A model generated the notes under the pieces. It was not told the DNA's origin. It did no database searches and saw only the letters and a list, made by a program, of their open reading frames with translations. Of a DNA stretch of 64,000 nt, positions 30,356 through 39,011 are shown piece by piece; position 1 is the first letter of the stretch, and the number at the start of each line of letters is the position of its first letter. The translations under genes were made by a program, and so were the position numbers. The stretch covers positions 110,809-174,808 of the forward strand of contig JAIFWJ010000001.1 of the NCBI GenBank assembly GCA_019661865.1, read 5' to 3'. This DNA is from Candidatus Parcubacteria bacterium. GTDB taxonomy: Bacteria; Patescibacteriota; Minisyncoccia; Phycocordibacterales; Zambryskibacteraceae.

Positions 30356-30946
30356 CTATACCAATGTTTTTAAAATTTTGAAATCCTCTTTCAGAAGCTC
30401 CCGAGTACTTCCGTTATAAAGTGCCACAGCTGGGTGGTAGAGGGGAACGACCTTCACACTTTGTCCTTCTACTTCTGTATCGAAAACTGTTCCATGTAGC
30501 TTACTTATAGGTCCAAGTTCGAAGTCGAGTCCGTATCTATTCATAATGTACTGCATGGAGAAGCGACCAAGAGTAGCTATGACCTTCGGCTTTATAATAC
30601 CAATCTGTCTGTCTAAATAAGGTGCGTACTCTGCTATCTCGTCTGGTTGTGGGTCTCTATTCTTGGGCGGCCTGTCCTTCACAATATTAGTTATATACAC
30701 ATCCTCACGCTTGATTCCCACTCCCTCTAGTAACTCATTTAAAAATTGTCCTGCACGGCCCACGAAGGGTCTCCCGGTCTTAGCTTCATTCTCTCCTGGT
30801 GCCTCACCGATAAATATTATTTCTGCATCATGCGACCCTTCTCCAAGTACTGGAAAGTACTTGCCCTCTCGCCTCATATCTGCAAGTCTCCCCTTCATCG
30901 CCACCACTTCATCCTTAATCTTTCTAAGTTCATCAGTCTTAGACAT
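30356..30946 (-). CDS. Uracil-DNA glycosylase, family 4-like
   Basis: FIGEAPG-NE-TG-PFVG-AG, YITN-VK-RPP-NR-P, YHPA. Confidence 0.92.
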   Translation of the reverse strand: MSKTDELRKIKDEVVAMKGRLADMRREGKYFPVLGEGSHDAEIIFIGEAPGENEAKTGRPFVGRAGQFLNELLEGVGIKREDVYITNIVKDRPPKNRDPQPDEIAEYAPYLDRQIGIIKPKVIATLGRFSMQYIMNRYGLDFELGPISKLHGTVFDTEVEGQSVKVVPLYHPAVALYNGSTRELLKEDFKILKTLV

Positions 30947-30969
30947 AGACCAATTCTATCAAAATGATG

Positions 30970-31686
30970 CTAGAACGGGAGCGTTTCAGTCTCTGGCACA
31001 CTTTCAAATATCATGCGCTTATATACGGCTCGGACAGTCTCTACGTCTCGTTTGCAGTAATTACAAATATCTTCTAACTTCCCCGCTTTGAAAAATTCAT
31101 TTACCTGGCTACCATCTATCCCTTCCTTTGGTGTCGGTATGCCGAGAGCAAGTGCAATGTGCTCGATGCTTTTATTGTTCCACTTGTCTACCCAGTGTGA
31201 CCATTCCCACATGGTGTCGTAGACTGGACAACTTGTGTACCTGGCAAAGTCTAGAAACTTAACACCCGGTGGAAGCCTAAACTTACTTTCTCCCGGTTCT
31301 ATGGTGATCTTCCATGTGGGCTTCACTCCTAATATAACTGAGCGTTGCATGATGAAAGGAAGATCGAAGTCGCGGATGTTATGTCCCACAAGTAAGTCTG
31401 CCTTCGCTGCAATGTCCCAGAACTGTATTAGCATTTTTCTCTCGTTCTCAGGCCCTGAGATAGCTTCTACCCTATCATCATTCATGGCGAATCCGATGCA
31501 ACAGATTCTTCCGTAGGTACCGTCCGTCCCCGTGCCATCCCAGAATTCTTCAAATGTCTGCGCTTCCACAGCTGGATCTCTCTTCTGTTTCTTTGTCACT
31601 TTCTTCTCGTGTAAAAGACGGAGCGTCTTTTCATGTACCCCATCTGCTGGGAGTGTTTCTATATCAAAATAAAGTTTATTGACCAT
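30970..31686 (-). CDS. DEDD 3'-5' exonuclease (PolB-exonuclease-like)
   Basis: FDIET, GHNI-FDLPF, YC-RDV motifs. Confidence 0.85.
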   Translation of the reverse strand: MVNKLYFDIETLPADGVHEKTLRLLHEKKVTKKQKRDPAVEAQTFEEFWDGTGTDGTYGRICCIGFAMNDDRVEAISGPENERKMLIQFWDIAAKADLLVGHNIRDFDLPFIMQRSVILGVKPTWKITIEPGESKFRLPPGVKFLDFARYTSCPVYDTMWEWSHWVDKWNNKSIEHIALALGIPTPKEGIDGSQVNEFFKAGKLEDICNYCKRDVETVRAVYKRMIFESVPETETLPF

Positions 31687-31696
31687 TGGTCAGAAT

Positions 31697-32111
31697 CTAG
31701 TCCTGCTTCTTGTACTCCTCAATCTTTATCATCATGTGCTCAATAAGAAGGAGGATGCTAAATACGAAGAGCGTAGCAATTGTAGCAAATATAGCCAGTA
31801 TTGATAAACGTGGTGAGACCAGAGAGCCTGGAGTCCTTGAAGACTATTACTCCACCGCAAAGGAAACCTATGCCCATGATAACTCCCGCTGCAGTACGCA
31901 TAGGGTCAAATGTGTATCCGCCTGTCTCTGGTATGACTATACGGGAAATAAGTATAAAGAGGCAGGATCCCATGGAGACCAGAGCGTAAGTTCTCATGCC
32001 AGCGGTCTTACCTGCAAATGTGCGCTCGATCCCAAGACACGCTCCCAAGATAAGAGCCAGGAGTAAATTTGTAAACGGTACCAAGTTACTGGTTGTATCT
32101 AAAATATTCAT
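31697..32111 (-). pseudogene. MgtC/SapB-family membrane protein, internally deleted and frameshifted
   Basis: GIER, AGMRT, GIGFLCGG, GLTT, then frame break; the C-terminal TM helix continues in another frame to a stop at 31697. Confidence 0.75.
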
Positions 32112-32116
32112 GAGTC

Positions 32117-32950
32117 TTAAAGTTCACTGATTTCTTGTAAAACTTTCTCCACTCTATCTTTACCCAGAACTGTTTCAAGTATTACTGGATTTTCTACAAG
32201 TGAGGAACAGAGGACTGTACCAGAAGTTAAGATTTCTTTCTTCTCTACTGATGTAAGAGAACTCAAGCATGTGAGTGGATGCAGATGCTCTTCCACAATC
32301 ATATCCTGGAGATTACCCTTCTCCGGATAGTTCCATCCTATCATGGTTAAGTTCATGCAGACTCCGTAATGTATAGCGGTTGAGGAAAACTTGGTGTTAG
32401 TGATGAGCCAACTTTCATTTACCGGTCTGTTCATACCACCGTAGTTATAAACATTTTCTTTAAGGTCATCGAAGCGAGCCTTCACATATAGTGCTACCTT
32501 GAGGTCCGACTTGCTGCCGAGCTCATTGTGGAACTTGGCTTCAGCCATGAGGAGCTTCTTATCGTTCCATGCCACCACATCAATCTCATGAGGCACGCAG
32601 CCGCCAAGTACATTTTGCCGAGTTAAGGTCTGGTAGCCCTTGGCCTTGAGAATTTCTGCTACGAAGTCCTCGAATGGGAAACCAGATGGACCAAGGTCTA
32701 GGAGAGCGCGGCGGATAGAATATCTGTAAGCAACTGGCTTCTCATGCTCATGGAGGAGCCTAAAGGCCTTGGAGTATATCTCCGCCGTAGGCATGTCATT
32801 GTGGAGACTCTCTAAAATGTTCTGCATCACTGATTCCACCGACTCTGTATCAGCACCAGAACGCATGAGTGATGAGCGCAACTTCTCCGGCTCGAAGACC
32901 TCTCTTTTACCTGTAGCCTTGATAACAGTAAACTGCACTCCGTTTGTCAT
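32117..32950 (-). CDS. ATP-cone plus PD-(D/E)xK (Mrr-like) nuclease-fold protein
   Basis: N-terminal ATP cone (VIKATG-RE-F-KL); GFPFEDFV, EIDV, EAK motifs. Confidence 0.8.
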   Translation of the reverse strand: MTNGVQFTVIKATGKREVFEPEKLRSSLMRSGADTESVESVMQNILESLHNDMPTAEIYSKAFRLLHEHEKPVAYRYSIRRALLDLGPSGFPFEDFVAEILKAKGYQTLTRQNVLGGCVPHEIDVVAWNDKKLLMAEAKFHNELGSKSDLKVALYVKARFDDLKENVYNYGGMNRPVNESWLITNTKFSSTAIHYGVCMNLTMIGWNYPEKGNLQDMIVEEHLHPLTCLSSLTSVEKKEILTSGTVLCSSLVENPVILETVLGKDRVEKVLQEISEL

Positions 32951-33007
32951 CAGACTAGTATAACAGTGTTCATTTATAAAAATATCCCCAACAAACTGTT
33001 GAGGACA

Positions 33008-33961
33008 TTACTTGGCATCTAACTTCCGACGGATATCGAGAACAGCTGTTTCTAGCTTGTTATCAGAGCCAATTTTTTCTGCCTTGGCAATGATCTCGTT
33101 CACGGCACTGGGCCCTTCAATCTGGCCGAGAGCACGGAGTTCGAGCCGTTGTTTGACTAGCTCAAGTGGCACAAGCCTTTCGAAGACTGGTCGTAGAGCT
33201 TCAAGAAGAATACTTCGCGACTCTTCTCTGACCAGATCAACTCGACCTTGGAGCTTACGTAAGCGAGTCTCGTATTCTATGTCGGAAAAATGAGCTTCTG
33301 CCTTCGGGATGAATGTTTCAACCTCCCGAAAGAATCTCAAAGCAGCCTGCTGATCACCTTCAAGCTCAGCGTAGAGCTTCTTATACTTCTCTACCTCAAG
33401 TTGTGCCTCATCTGCTAAACTACGGGCACCTGGGTCATACGTCTGATCAAAACGCTCCTGCCAGTATCTTAGAATCGTGCGTGCTTCATTGAGCTCCAGC
33501 TTGATCTTGTTCATCTGGCGCACCACTTGTGACCTTTCACCTTCGACACTGTCCTTGGCCGCCATAATTACGCTCTTCTGTTTTTCAAGAATGAGCTTTA
33601 GGATAGCGGCTGTGTCAGGTTCTGGTACTGGGTCCTGAACAAAGTTTTGAATTTTCTTCCTGCGGATTTTCATCAAAAGAAAGGCACGCAACGTCCAAGT
33701 TGTAAGGATTCCGGCAACAGTTCCTACTAAAGCCAGCAATAAACTGTTTTTACTGTAATCAACCCCTGGCAAAAGTAGAAAGGTAATACCTATTCCTAGC
33801 AAGCATGATGCAAGAAGGGCTCTAATTGAGTCACCTAACGCTTGAACAAAGCTGAGTGGTTGAGGTTGTATTCTGACAAAGACAGACTTGGGAGTCACGT
33901 CTTTGATTACTTCTTGAATCCGTTTATCGAGTTCTCGATCATCAAGCTCAAATAACCACAT
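33008..33961 (-). CDS. Hypothetical 2-TM coiled-coil protein
   Basis: Two TM helices then long charged helical region; TTGACA-N17-TATAAA promoter, AGGAG SD, terminator near 32985-33007. Confidence 0.7.
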   Translation of the reverse strand: MWLFELDDRELDKRIQEVIKDVTPKSVFVRIQPQPLSFVQALGDSIRALLASCLLGIGITFLLLPGVDYSKNSLLLALVGTVAGILTTWTLRAFLLMKIRRKKIQNFVQDPVPEPDTAAILKLILEKQKSVIMAAKDSVEGERSQVVRQMNKIKLELNEARTILRYWQERFDQTYDPGARSLADEAQLEVEKYKKLYAELEGDQQAALRFFREVETFIPKAEAHFSDIEYETRLRKLQGRVDLVREESRSILLEALRPVFERLVPLELVKQRLELRALGQIEGPSAVNEIIAKAEKIGSDNKLETAVLDIRRKLDAK

Positions 33962-34028
33962 GTTGTAGCTCCTAGCGAATGTGAACTAATGTGAAGGTTC
34001 GTCTTGACTATTTATATAACTAATTATG

Positions 34029-35117
34029 CTAGTTGTCAATCACACCTCCACCTAGACATTCTTCACCCGCGTAAAATACTAGTGACTGTCCAGGAGCGGC
34101 TGTGTGTGGATCTTTGAAAATTACTTTGTCTCCTTTAACTTGGATCGGAAATCTCTCTTGTCTGTAGCGGATTCTAGCTTCGAGGTCCTTAGTATCAGGT
34201 TCTAGCTTACTTACCCAATTCAACTTCTCTAGTCTCACAGATGTCGGAGATGCTGAATTTATTTCTTCTGGATTATCCGAGACAGTTATAGTGTTTCTCT
34301 CTATGTCCTTAGAAATTATATAATGTGGTTTCCTCTTAGAATTCTTCTCGAATATTTCAAAGCCGTGCCTCTCACCGAGTGTGTAGAGTAATGCGCCATT
34401 GTGCGTTCCTATAACTTCACCAAGTGTATTTAGAACTTGTCCATGTTTAGTACTTATATAGTGAGATAGAAATACTTCAAGATCCACTTGGCCTAAGAAA
34501 CATATTCCCTGACTGTCCTTCTTCTCTGCTACAGGCAGATCGAACTTATGGGCAAGCTTCCTCACCTCGCTCTTCTCATATCCACCAACGGGGAAAAGTG
34601 TATGTGATAAGTCCTCCTGTGTGAGGGTCCATAGGAAGTAACTCTGATCCTTTTCCTTATCATCACTCTCATGAAGCGAGAATTGATCAGAAGTTTTTCT
34701 GACAATTTTCGCGTAATGACCTGTCGCAATATAATCTGCGCCCATCTCGCGGGCCTTCTTCCAGAATGCACCGAACTTAATCTCGCGATTACACATCACA
34801 TCCGGGTTCGGAGTTCTGCCACGCTTGTATTCTTCAATCATATAATCCGCCACACCCTTCTTATACTCCTCTTCGAAATCGAAAAAGAGAAATGGAATCT
34901 TCAAATGTGCTGCCACACGCATGGCGTCTCTTCTCTCTTCTCTCCATGTGCACGGTAAGAAGTCCGGCTGCCAGACCTTTATAAATACTCCTGTGACATC
35001 GTAACCCTGTGTCTTAAGAAGCGCAGCGGAGACTGCACTATCTACTCCACCAGAAAGACCCACAAAGACTTTTTTCGGGCTAGAGATACTTCTGGATATT
35101 TGCGACATGTTCTTCAT
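34029..35117 (-). CDS. mnmA: tRNA 2-thiouridylase MnmA
   Basis: SGGVDS, TPNPDVMCN, ATGHYA, KDQSYFL, DSQGICF, PGQ. Confidence 0.96.
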   Translation of the reverse strand: MKNMSQISRSISSPKKVFVGLSGGVDSAVSAALLKTQGYDVTGVFIKVWQPDFLPCTWREERRDAMRVAAHLKIPFLFFDFEEEYKKGVADYMIEEYKRGRTPNPDVMCNREIKFGAFWKKAREMGADYIATGHYAKIVRKTSDQFSLHESDDKEKDQSYFLWTLTQEDLSHTLFPVGGYEKSEVRKLAHKFDLPVAEKKDSQGICFLGQVDLEVFLSHYISTKHGQVLNTLGEVIGTHNGALLYTLGERHGFEIFEKNSKRKPHYIISKDIERNTITVSDNPEEINSASPTSVRLEKLNWVSKLEPDTKDLEARIRYRQERFPIQVKGDKVIFKDPHTAAPGQSLVFYAGEECLGGGVIDN

Positions 35118-36081
35118 GAGTTTTGGCGTAGTGCATATTACCCTTTTTGTCGCTTAAAAAGTAGAGATACGAGGTGCTAGTTGGATTAATAGCCGCATCG
35201 AGTGCAACTAGGCCTGGGTTTCCTATGGGGGTTGGTGGTAATCCTCTGTATTTATACGTGTTATACGGAGTGTCGAGTTCCAGATCAGACTGAGTAAGTT
35301 CACTACTTGCTTTATAAACAATGTATCCAAGTGTGGCATCAACCTGAAGTGGCATACCCAGGTTAATCCTCTTCCATAAGATCCCTGAAACAATTTTCAT
35401 ATCAGTCTCAGTCTTGGCTTCTGCTTCTAGTATTGATGCCATGGTTACTAAGTCACTCTTGGTGTGTCCCGAGGCAAGAATCTTACTTTCAAGTGGTTTA
35501 ATCTTTTTATCGAATGTTTCTTGGAAGAATTTTGAGGTGGAGGAAGCGGTGGTATTTACTCCGACGAAGTATGTGTCAGGAAATAAGTAACCTTCTGGTG
35601 AGTGTCTCTCGAAGTATGAGTGATCGAAGAAGACAAACTTTTTATCAAAAAGATTTGAGATTTCTTTCACGGTTAGTCCTTCAGGAATTGTAATCTTTAT
35701 CGTCTCAATGTCGTGCTTACCGTTTACCATCCTCCAAGCTAGGTGCCAGACACTCTCTGGACCTCCAAGGTAGTAGTCTCCTGCCTTAATGCTTTTCTCC
35801 CCGCCTAACGCGATAACCACACTTCTAAACCAGACTGCGGAGCGTATGGCATGACTTTCTTTAAGTGTGTTAGAAAGTTCTAGGAGTCCTGCGCCTTCAC
35901 GCAGGGTGACGATAGAATTCTTGGGGAAATTTCTCGGTGCAGTAGCTGTAAATGTATAAACAACAGCTATAACGATTATCAAGATAGAAATATAGAGCCT
36001 CGGATCACGCCTGAACTTCTGCCAAGACGCATGAATATGATCGAGTGCAAGGCTCGCACCGTTAAATATAGGGTTCTGCAT
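35080..36081 (-). CDS. mltG: Endolytic transglycosylase MltG
   Basis: TIPEG, EGYLFPDTY, ASILE-E, LQVDAT, YNTY-GLPP-PI-NPG. Confidence 0.93.
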   Translation of the reverse strand: MQNPIFNGASLALDHIHASWQKFRRDPRLYISILIIVIAVVYTFTATAPRNFPKNSIVTLREGAGLLELSNTLKESHAIRSAVWFRSVVIALGGEKSIKAGDYYLGGPESVWHLAWRMVNGKHDIETIKITIPEGLTVKEISNLFDKKFVFFDHSYFERHSPEGYLFPDTYFVGVNTTASSTSKFFQETFDKKIKPLESKILASGHTKSDLVTMASILEAEAKTETDMKIVSGILWKRINLGMPLQVDATLGYIVYKASSELTQSDLELDTPYNTYKYRGLPPTPIGNPGLVALDAAINPTSTSYLYFLSDKKGNMHYAKTHEEHVANIQKYL

Positions 36082-37323
36082 TTATATAGGTAAGTTTGAA
36101 GGTGCTTCAGCTTTCTTCGAAGGTATGCGAGAGAGCGTAGGGGTAGCTGCCACCTCGCCTGGGAAGTGGTAGATAGTTGCGAGCTCTTCTACAGACATGA
36201 CGAAAGGTTTACTCTTATAATTTTTAAATGGTCGTTCGAAAAAGGCTCTTCGTTTATAAGCTTCCAAGTATTTAAGCTCTGACTCCTTCCTATCTCTTCC
36301 GAATGGATCTTGCCATGGATATTCAGAAGCGATATTTCCTTGTGGTCTGAAGCCATTTAAGCTTGGGGATCCGAACTGGCTAATGCTTCCAATCAGCCCT
36401 CCAATGTTTGTCGGATTAAATGCTTCCTTCTCAGCGAAGTAAGTAGCCCGGATCATAGTATCAAATGCTGTCTTACCTGCATTTCTTTCTATAGCCACAA
36501 TGACATCTCTTTGTCCTTGACTCAGATGTTTGGTTGAGTCTAAGGTTTTATCCTCGGCAGGTTTAAGAAGTCCTTTCTTTAAAATTTCTTTTATCTCTTT
36601 CTCTACACCTCCTTTCCAGTCCGGCTTTACGAATATTCTGCCGAGTTTGAGCCCCTCCTTAGCATGAGCACGGATAAGTATCTGAATCCAAACTTGCTCC
36701 CCTCTCTTTAAAGAACCCAGAAATTCTAATACAGAAACTATAGGATCAATTTTAAACTCCTCATCAGGATTCTTATCGAGGCCATAATCAATGTAAGTCT
36801 TTATGGGATATGCTTCTGCTTTAGTGGGAATGAAGTTACTAAACCAGCCGAAGGTCAGTTTTTCTGGATTACGCTCTACTCCGAGTGAGTAGTCAGCCAC
36901 TTCATGTACTTCTACATTGGGAAACTGTGCATAGAGCTGGGCCTCAGTCCTGTTTCTCAATCCCTTGTGACACCACAAGAAGAAATGGACATTTCCATCT
37001 ATAGATACAAGTTCGAGCGAGTACCACACACGTACCTGACCCTTGATATAGACGTTTATAAGACTGCCCGCTGCTGAGTTATATAAGTTACTTAAGAAAA
37101 GTTCCATGGCTGCCGGAGACTTGGTCATCTCACGCGGCAGGCGGATCTCCAACAAGACTGAACCTTGAGTCTTGATCCATTCTCTGCGCTTCCAAGTAAG
37201 CCAAACGTCGAAGGCAATCATAACGAAGAGCATTGGAATCCAGAAAGGACTTGAAACCTTGGCCGCATGCAGAACTGTATGTACTGCTCCAGTATTAAAT
37301 GCAGCCAGAAACGCTTCTTTCAT
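36082..37323 (-). CDS. Conserved CPR membrane protein resembling the N-terminal region of CPR VirD4/TraD-like coupling proteins
   Basis: One TM; SLELVS, QLYAQFP, YPIKTY, WIQILI, EELATIYHFP motifs recognised from this family; no ATPase domain. Confidence 0.55.
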   Translation of the reverse strand: MKEAFLAAFNTGAVHTVLHAAKVSSPFWIPMLFVMIAFDVWLTWKRREWIKTQGSVLLEIRLPREMTKSPAAMELFLSNLYNSAAGSLINVYIKGQVRVWYSLELVSIDGNVHFFLWCHKGLRNRTEAQLYAQFPNVEVHEVADYSLGVERNPEKLTFGWFSNFIPTKAEAYPIKTYIDYGLDKNPDEEFKIDPIVSVLEFLGSLKRGEQVWIQILIRAHAKEGLKLGRIFVKPDWKGGVEKEIKEILKKGLLKPAEDKTLDSTKHLSQGQRDVIVAIERNAGKTAFDTMIRATYFAEKEAFNPTNIGGLIGSISQFGSPSLNGFRPQGNIASEYPWQDPFGRDRKESELKYLEAYKRRAFFERPFKNYKSKPFVMSVEELATIYHFPGEVAATPTLSRIPSKKAEAPSNLPI

Positions 37324-37343
37324 AATTTAATTGTACAGCCTAT

Positions 37344-37886
37344 TTACAGAAACTTGAAGGAGTCGCTCATCTGACTGTCTGAGTCACCAAACGTAGTACC
37401 TTCGCCAAGGTCCCACTCTGCAAGTCTATGTGTAGTAGGAGAATATTTCAAAACTGTACCAGAGCCTACTTCACAAGCTGGACTAGATGCAATCTCCACA
37501 TCGAAGGTGCCCTCCTGAGCTCCGGGCTTCAAGCTGTCGAAACTACAATCCTTGCCAAACTGAGTTTTTATAAATGCGTCTATGCCACCGGTATATACAT
37601 TATCTACTTCTTGAATATTCCAAGATTTGGAAGGGTTATTAGCTGGAGTGATGGTTAAGACGTTCCAGTTTTTACTGACAGTGGCATCCTTTGGAACTTG
37701 AATGCTGAAACCAAGCATGTCGTTACTGTAGGTAGTCCAGTCAAGAGAGTTGAGGACATTCGCAGAATTGGATTTAGAGGTTGGACGAACTCTAGTCATG
37801 TAAAAAGCTCCACCGAGTATCACCACCAGAGCCGCTACCCCGGCTAGGAATTTATAATCTCTAAGATAGTTTAAATATTTTTGCAT
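37344..37886 (-). CDS. Membrane-anchored exported protein (PsbP-like fold suspected)
   Basis: N-terminal TM, W-TY-N-GFSI-P, terminal SFKF. Confidence 0.55.
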   Translation of the reverse strand: MQKYLNYLRDYKFLAGVAALVVILGGAFYMTRVRPTSKSNSANVLNSLDWTTYSNDMLGFSIQVPKDATVSKNWNVLTITPANNPSKSWNIQEVDNVYTGGIDAFIKTQFGKDCSFDSLKPGAQEGTFDVEIASSPACEVGSGTVLKYSPTTHRLAEWDLGEGTTFGDSDSQMSDSFKFL

Positions 37887-37901
37887 TATTTTAATATTGC
37901 T

Positions 37902-38939
37902 TTATACCGTGTGGTACTTACTCTCTTTGTCCTTCTTGAAGAACTTGGTGTTCTGAAGATTCACCATTATGGTGTTCTCCTTCACATAGCGCTCCTTCAA
38001 GACTTTCTTCACAATCTCCTCACGGGTCAAAGGTCCTTCCTTTTCAATTATTTTCCTAATAACATCCTTCACCACACCGGACATGTAACCCCACTCAGCA
38101 AGTGCATAAAGACCACGACCCACCAGGACGAAGCGTGGATCCTTAATGAGCTCATTATGAGTAGTAGCTACATGAGCCTTCTTGTTGAAATACTGTGAGA
38201 TAGCCTTGGCCACTTCCTTGAAGTGTATAGGCGAGCCGTGCTTACGGATAACGAGGAAGGCATAGTCACGCATGCCCTTGGCATTTACATTCGGAGAATC
38301 AGTCTTACCCCATTCACCGAGAGGGTTCTTACCAATTTTCTGAGAGATTGAGAGCCAGCGGCGAATCACTTCCTCATTCTTGTATTTCTCATTAATATCC
38401 TTAACTTCCTCTAGGAAAGTGTTTATAAGATCACCTTCAACTACGAGCTCATCATCAGAAAGTCTACTATAGAGCTTCCTTAATGCATTCTGGATCTTTT
38501 TAGCCAACTCTGGATCAGCGTGCCAACGATGAGTAAACTCGTCGTCTTCCCTCTCACGTATAAATTCCTCACCGACTACAAGTAAGAAGTTAACCTGGTT
38601 CTGTGTAGCTTGATCTTTAGCAAGGTGCTTCAAGAGATCTTTCTCAGAGACGATGCCTCCAAGACTTACGACAACGGCTTTAAGTTCATCAAATGCACTC
38701 TGAACATCCTTATACTCTTTAGATTTTCTGACGAGAGCCAGAGAGTGGTTCTCAATCTGACGTACACGCTCACGAGTGATGTCATACTTCTTACCTATAG
38801 CATCGAGGGTCATGCGTGTACCCTTGGCACCGAGGCCGTAGCGGTTCTCGATGACGTCTTGACCGCGTTTTGTGAGGACAGAAAGGAGGCGTTTAACTAT
38901 TGTCTTAGGCTTGAAACTTAATTGGATTTTCTCTGCCAT
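37902..38939 (-). CDS. Sigma70 region-4 HTH plus RNAP delta/HARE-HTH-like protein
   Basis: RYGL-TLDAIG-ITRERVRQIE; C-terminal HNELIKD-RFVLVGRGLYAL-EW; no sigma region 2. Confidence 0.75.
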   Translation of the reverse strand: MAEKIQLSFKPKTIVKRLLSVLTKRGQDVIENRYGLGAKGTRMTLDAIGKKYDITRERVRQIENHSLALVRKSKEYKDVQSAFDELKAVVVSLGGIVSEKDLLKHLAKDQATQNQVNFLLVVGEEFIREREDDEFTHRWHADPELAKKIQNALRKLYSRLSDDELVVEGDLINTFLEEVKDINEKYKNEEVIRRWLSISQKIGKNPLGEWGKTDSPNVNAKGMRDYAFLVIRKHGSPIHFKEVAKAISQYFNKKAHVATTHNELIKDPRFVLVGRGLYALAEWGYMSGVVKDVIRKIIEKEGPLTREEIVKKVLKERYVKENTIMVNLQNTKFFKKDKESKYHTV

Positions 38940-39011
38940 AACTTTACCCAGTCTTTTTATCATCTGCCAGAGCTAGTGTCAAGCATATGATCATTTTCTT
39001 TTATTATCTTA

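Noticed and set aside
32117-32950. Restriction-modification or defence system
   Set aside because: Single ATP-cone/nuclease-fold gene with no methyltransferase or defence partners; function not supportable
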